Shown: piece by piece, positions 60,288-64,000 of the stretch
Layout of the letters: each line of letters begins with the position of its first letter
Numbering within the stretch: position 1 is the first letter of the stretch
NCBI GenBank assembly: GCA_050943215.1
Contig: JBMNOU010000003.1
Span: forward strand, 1,269-65,268
Length of the DNA stretch: 64,000 bases
Origin: Christensenellales bacterium
GTDB lineage: Bacteria; Bacillota; Clostridia; Christensenellales; SZUA-584
Direction: 5' to 3'
Made by a program: the position numbers and the translations under genes
Notes under the pieces: generated by a model
The model's input: the letters and a program-made list of their open reading frames with translations, nothing else
Databases searched by the model: none
What the model was told of the DNA's origin: nothing

Positions 60288-61613
60288 ATGAACAAGTATA
60301 AAATCATCGCAGTGGTGATCGTATGCATACTCATTTTCACGGGATGTTCACTTGTGAGGATTGATGAAAATAAGGTTGCTAATTTAGTGGTCGCCACTGT
60401 TAACGGAAAGGATATATTAAGATATCACGTTAATGAGAATACGGTAAGATATTATGTTCAAGTCGGCTTGTCCGAAAGCGGACTAACTGAGGAGGATCTA
60501 AGGGCTGCAGAGCTTAAGAAGGTTTATGATGATCAAAGAAACCAAATACTAGACAAGATGGTTTTAAATGAACTTTTGCTTCAGAAAGCGCCTGAGCTTG
60601 GCGTAACGTTAACGGATGAAGAAAAAAAAGCCAACCTTAAAAGTTCAGAAGAAATTTTCGAGGCTCAAAAAAAAGGTATCCGTATTCGGGTTGAAGAAGA
60701 ATTTGGCATAACATCAGCTGATTCCAATATAGAGGAAACAGATACTGATACATCTGTTGGAACACCCACACCGTCGCTAAACCCGGTCGATATGGCCGCT
60801 GTTGAGGCAGAGATTGAACGAAGGTATCAGGAATTTCTTGATGACTTTGGATATACTACCGAAACTTACCCCGAATTCTTAAATAACCAAACCCTTATTT
60901 CAAAGGTCGGAGAGTATATTAGAGGATTGGCAGAGGTTACGGATGCGCAAGTTAAGAATTGGTATGATCAGACTCTGGTGCTTCAGCAAGAGAGAATGGA
61001 CGGCGAAACATCGGCTTTTTCGTCAACTGTAACTGGAAAACAGATTTATACATATGTTCCTCGGGATACTGTAGCAGTCAAGCAGGTTTTCCTTGCATTT
61101 GATGATACGGACCTTGTGGAAGGGGCACAAACGTTATACGGCGATGGCCATGGTGATGAAGCGATGGCGCTTTTGCAATCTGAGATTGATGCATTGATGC
61201 CGACAGCGCTTGAAATACACCAGCGTCTTTTGGACGGAGAGAATATAGATGATCTGATTGCAGAGTACGGAGAAGATGAAAGCATGACGACAGAACCAAA
61301 AGCCACCTACGGATATTTTGTCGAATCAAGGACAGTGGCGAATGAACCCGAGTTTAATAAGGCAGCGCTTGCTATGACGAATGTTGGTGAGATATCAGAA
61401 CCTTTTGCAACACGTACCGGGGTGCATATATTGCAATGCGTCAATATATACAAACAAGGCGTTGTTCCGTTTGATGATTTGAAAGATAAAATTAAACAAG
61501 CTCTTCTACCTAGCAGACAGAATGAATATTACAATGAGACAACGCAAAAATGGCTGGATGAAGCGGATGTTGTTTATTACCGCGACAGATTGGATATAAA
61601 AATGGAATCCTAG
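60288..61613 (+). CDS. PrsA/SurA-like peptidyl-prolyl isomerase lipoprotein (parvulin domain)
   Basis: Lipobox IFTGCS after MNKYKIIAVVIVCIL. SurA_N-like helices. C-terminal parvulin-like segment (GEISEPFATRTGVHILQC). GGAGGGA SD favours the ATG at 60288. Confidence 0.78.
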   Translation: MNKYKIIAVVIVCILIFTGCSLVRIDENKVANLVVATVNGKDILRYHVNENTVRYYVQVGLSESGLTEEDLRAAELKKVYDDQRNQILDKMVLNELLLQKAPELGVTLTDEEKKANLKSSEEIFEAQKKGIRIRVEEEFGITSADSNIEETDTDTSVGTPTPSLNPVDMAAVEAEIERRYQEFLDDFGYTTETYPEFLNNQTLISKVGEYIRGLAEVTDAQVKNWYDQTLVLQQERMDGETSAFSSTVTGKQIYTYVPRDTVAVKQVFLAFDDTDLVEGAQTLYGDGHGDEAMALLQSEIDALMPTALEIHQRLLDGENIDDLIAEYGEDESMTTEPKATYGYFVESRTVANEPEFNKAALAMTNVGEISEPFATRTGVHILQCVNIYKQGVVPFDDLKDKIKQALLPSRQNEYYNETTQKWLDEADVVYYRDRLDIKMES

Positions 61614-61626
61614 AATAGGAACACAG

Positions 61627-61676
61627 GGGCCATCCAGAAACGATTTGAATAAAATCGTTTCTGGATGGCCCTTTTT
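61627..61676 (+). terminator. Strong intrinsic terminator ending the long plus-strand run
   Basis: Perfect stem of about 19 bp, GGGCCATCCAGAAACGATTT / AATCGTTTCTGGATGGCCC, followed by TTTTT. Confidence 0.85.
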
Positions 61677-61794
61677 AAGTTTCACAGAGGAAGAATTGTA
61701 GACAAATCCGGGTTTTCAGCCATCAATAAACAATAAGTCGTTAACTTCTTAAGAATGTCGGCTATTCACTTGTCCTCATTCTCACACGATTTGC

Positions 61795-62079
61795 TTATTG
61801 GAATAGAATTTGCTTGCTCCTGCCGCTCTGTATCTTGCAGTGTGGGCGAAACAGATTATATCCCAACACCATCAGCAGCATCTTATTCCGTATGTTCTTC
61901 GTTCCCCAAGTCAGGAAACGGCGGAGCGCATAGTCCTCTTTAATAACTGCAAACGCGCCTTTCACCTGATCTGTTGATTCTAAGAAGTGCAGCCCGTTCG
62001 GTATCCCGCTGCAGCTGTGTTTGCTTAACCTTGGAGGGGTTGCCGTTTTGCGTCTCATCCATTTCTGGACAGCCCATTT
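61795..62079 (-). pseudogene. C-terminal remnant of an IS1182/IS5-like DDE transposase
   Basis: ...QVKGAFAVIKEDYALRRFLTWGTKNIRNKMLLMVLGYNLFR matches the conserved C-terminal transposase motif as I recall it (VEPVFG.IK...GF.RF..RG..KV....L...A.NL.K). An in-frame stop at 62082-62080 and the absence of any upstream catalytic region indicate truncation. Confidence 0.55.
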
Positions 62080-62149
62080 TTACTAAACCCTTATCTTCCA
62101 AACGGTCTTTGTGTAGGCAGAAAATATTGCGATACCGGGAACTTTATAC

Positions 62150-62178
62150 TTGAATTAGCACAGCAAATGATTTATAAT
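62150..62178 (+). promoter_or_regulatory. Promoter of the tRNA pair
   Basis: TTGAAT (62150-62155), 17-nt spacer, TATAAT (62173-62178), about 70 nt before tRNA-Ser. Confidence 0.55.
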
Positions 62179-62249
62179 ATATTTTTGTAACGGCAATAAA
62201 CGGCGGCTCTGTGGATCAATCAGCGTGTGAGCTATGACCGAAACTGCAT

Positions 62250-62340
62250 GGAGAAGTATCGAAGAGGTCATAACGGGGCGCACTCGAAATGCGTTTGTCG
62301 GGTTACCGGCACGTGGGTTCGAATCCCACCTTCTCCGCCA
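62250..62340 (+). tRNA. tRNA-Ser (anticodon CGA), CCA encoded
   Basis: Folded by hand. Acceptor GGAGAAG/CTTCTCC, 3-bp D stem, anticodon arm GCGCA-CTCGAAA-TGCGT, long variable arm GTCGG-GTTA-CCGGC, T arm GTGGG-TTCGAAT-CCCAC. Confidence 0.93.
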
Positions 62341-62345
62341 TATAC

Positions 62346-62421
62346 GGGGCATTGGCTCAGCTGGTAGAGCGCTGCGTTCGCAATGCAGAAGTCAGCGGTT
62401 CGATCCCGCTATGCTCCACCA
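62346..62421 (+). tRNA. tRNA-Ala (anticodon CGC), CCA encoded
   Basis: Acceptor GGGGCAT/ATGCTCC with the G3:U70 alanine identity pair, D arm GCTCAGCTGGTAGAGC, anticodon loop TTCGCAA, T arm GCGGTTCGATCCCGC. Only 5 nt after tRNA-Ser. Confidence 0.93.
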
Positions 62422-62644
62422 AGTTAAAATAAGTACCAATAGGTGCTTATTTTATTTTGGAAAGAAACGGGCTAGATCGAAGGAGGATTAGAAAACTGTC
62501 CAAAGAATAGTTTTTCCGCCCGTCCATAGGCAGGAACGAAAAAGGGAGCAGCGGCGATATGGACGAGAAGTAGCCGAAATATCAAACCATGCTTGGGCTA
62601 TATAACAATTAATCATTCAAAAAGCTATATAAAAATATTTAGCA

Positions 62645-62932
62645 TTAATTTAGACTATCTTCCAAATCCTGAAGCTTCTTTTTTAAATTTTTAATTTGTT
62701 TTAATTTGTCTTGCTTCGTTTCACAAGATTGTTTTTGCGCCGCAATTGTCAATATAAGTCCTCCGATCCCAACAATAAAATTACCAATTACGTTTAATTG
62801 ATCTGCATCCTTGCCTTTTGAAATTGAAATCGCAAGTAAATTTGCAAAAATTGAAAGCTGTTCAGCACTTTTGGTACATCCTAAAGAACTGAGTGTATCT
62901 GCACATTGACTAATGGAATGATCCTCTTGCAT
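62645..62932 (-). CDS. Small hypothetical protein with a hydrophobic central helix and a C-terminal coiled coil
   Basis: GGGAGA SD lies 5-6 nt before the ATG. 95 aa containing LSIFANLLAISISKGKDADQLNVIGNFIVGIGGLILTIAAQKQSCE, then a K/Q/L-rich heptad-like tail. Confidence 0.45.
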   Translation of the reverse strand: MQEDHSISQCADTLSSLGCTKSAEQLSIFANLLAISISKGKDADQLNVIGNFIVGIGGLILTIAAQKQSCETKQDKLKQIKNLKKKLQDLEDSLN

Positions 62933-63274
62933 GGTTGTCTCCCTAATACAAATCGCTTATTTCTATATTATTCTGTGTTTTTGACAATTGTGACTGTCAT
63001 GCGATGTTTTAAGCCCCGGCAGCACTGTTATTTGTTCAATCTGGCCAAAAGGAAGTTGGTCTATCGGATATCAACCCTTACAATTGTTTGCTACTGTCTG
63101 ATGCTTAATATGATTTTGGCGTATCACCCTCTTGCCAGCTGATACTATATACATAGCTTTTCTTGTAGGAATATTTATATTTTCGTTGCCGAAATTTTTT
63201 TGATATAAAAGGATACGCTTTGCTGATGATGTAAGCGTTTTACAAATATCGTTTATTGCCGGTATATAAAGCAA

Positions 63275-63303
63275 TTGACACCGATGTATGCCGATATTAT
63301 AAT
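63275..63303 (+). promoter_or_regulatory. Promoter of the Zn-ADH gene
   Basis: TTGACA (63275-63280), 17-nt spacer, TATAAT (63298-63303). Confidence 0.55.
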
Positions 63304-63443
63304 AGTATTAGTAAAATTATCATTTATATAGAAGCAATTTGACCCTGATTATGCAGCAATGTAATTGACTGATGATCCTGAAACGCATCATTTAATCGAA
63401 ACCAAGTGAATTTTAATGGCTATAACGAATGGAGGTTTTATTC

Positions 63444-64000
63444 ATGTCACAAATGGTTAAAGCGGCTTTATCGCTGGCTCCTGGAAAAATTGAAATACGC
63501 GAATTTCCGATGCCGAAGCTGACAAAAGGCTCAGCCATCGTTAAAGTCAATCTGGCAGGGATATGCGGAACGGATAAGCATTACTTTAAGGGTGAGACCA
63601 AACAGGGTGCGGGAACTCTTAATGCAATTAATATCCCTTTTCCGCTGGTACAGGGTCACGAAAACGTCGTAACGATCTGGGATATCGACGATGAAGGATC
63701 GAAGAAGCTTGATTTTGATGGGAACATTCTTAAGCCGGGTGATAGGGTCACAATGTGCCCCGATGTCGTTTGCGGCGATTGTTACTATTGTAAGCACATA
63801 CCCAACTACCCCTGGTGCAATAAACTGCAATTTGGATATGGTTCAATACCGGCCGACTCCGATACGAAGCTGTACGGCGGTTTTGCAGAATACATGTATA
63901 TTGCACCCGGTACGCGCCTTTACAAGGTTCCCGAAGGGCTGCCCGACACCATGGCTGTATTAACGGAACCGATGTGTGTTACGTATTCACTGGATAAAGC
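63444..64000 (+). CDS. Zinc-dependent medium-chain alcohol/polyol dehydrogenase, truncated at the window end
   Basis: Translated by hand: MSQMVKAALSLAPGKIEIREFPMP...GICGTDKHYF...QGHENV...CGDCYYC...LTEP. GGAGG SD at 63431-63435. No stop before position 64000, so it is absent from the ORF track. Confidence 0.85.
   Translation, partial: MSQMVKAALSLAPGKIEIREFPMPKLTKGSAIVKVNLAGICGTDKHYFKGETKQGAGTLNAINIPFPLVQGHENVVTIWDIDDEGSKKLDFDGNILKPGDRVTMCPDVVCGDCYYCKHIPNYPWCNKLQFGYGSIPADSDTKLYGGFAEYMYIAPGTRLYKVPEGLPDTMAVLTEPMCVTYSLDK

Noticed and set aside
62155-62491. ORFs 62155..62352 (-) and 62234..62491 (+).
   Set aside because: They overlap two well-folded tRNA genes, and the tRNA cloverleaves explain the sequence.
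62906-63274. ORFs 62906..63142 (+) and 63071..63274 (-) in the region between the small 95-aa gene and the ADH promoter.
   Set aside because: They overlap each other, have no SD, and have hydrophobic or AT-biased composition. They are probably non-coding spacer, noted under the hotspot finding.
63531-63963. ORFs 63531..63830 (-) and 63691..63963 (+) near the window end.
   Set aside because: Both lie inside the hand-translated Zn-dependent dehydrogenase frame starting at 63444, which carries the diagnostic GHE and CGDCYYC motifs.

Overview
The window is a low-GC Gram-positive (Firmicutes/Clostridia-type) chromosomal segment made up almost entirely of core housekeeping genes. Recognisable blocks: rpmE / DUF1385 / prmC / prfA; cdaA-cdaR; perR-dfx-rbr (oxidative stress); nfeD-floA; a Ca-type P-type ATPase; rpmH-rnpA-yidD-yidC-jag (rpmH is absent from the ORF track and was found by eye); pepF; a B. 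subtilis-style dnaB(DnaD-domain)-dnaI pair; murA; an orphan noc/parB; yycJ-rlmH; cobO-cobU-cobS; and a long plus-strand run of rpoB-rpoC-(extra gene)-L7Ae-like-rpsL-rpsG-fusA-tuf, pfk, glmU, HAD, pth, mfd and prsA-like. The run ends at a transposase remnant, a tRNA-Ser(CGA)/tRNA-Ala(CGC) pair and a truncated Zn-ADH. I found no CRISPR array, prophage, defence island or convincing multi-gene novel system, and I say so plainly. The best second-look items are modest. (1) An orphan consensus promoter plus intrinsic terminator encloses an ORF-free unit of about 90 nt upstream of rpmH (sRNA candidate). (2) An unrecognised Cys-rich two-TM protein sits inside the otherwise invariant rpoC-ybxF-rpsL junction. 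(3) RpoB carries a 140-aa polyacidic C-terminal tail. (4) Two family-4 UDG paralogs are translationally coupled, and one lacks the Fe-S cysteines. (5) An LCP protein ends in a 12-nt-periodic EPTA repeat. (6) An origin-type gene neighbourhood lacks dnaA/dnaN and a DnaA-box cluster. All functional calls rest on motif recognition by eye; no searches were run.
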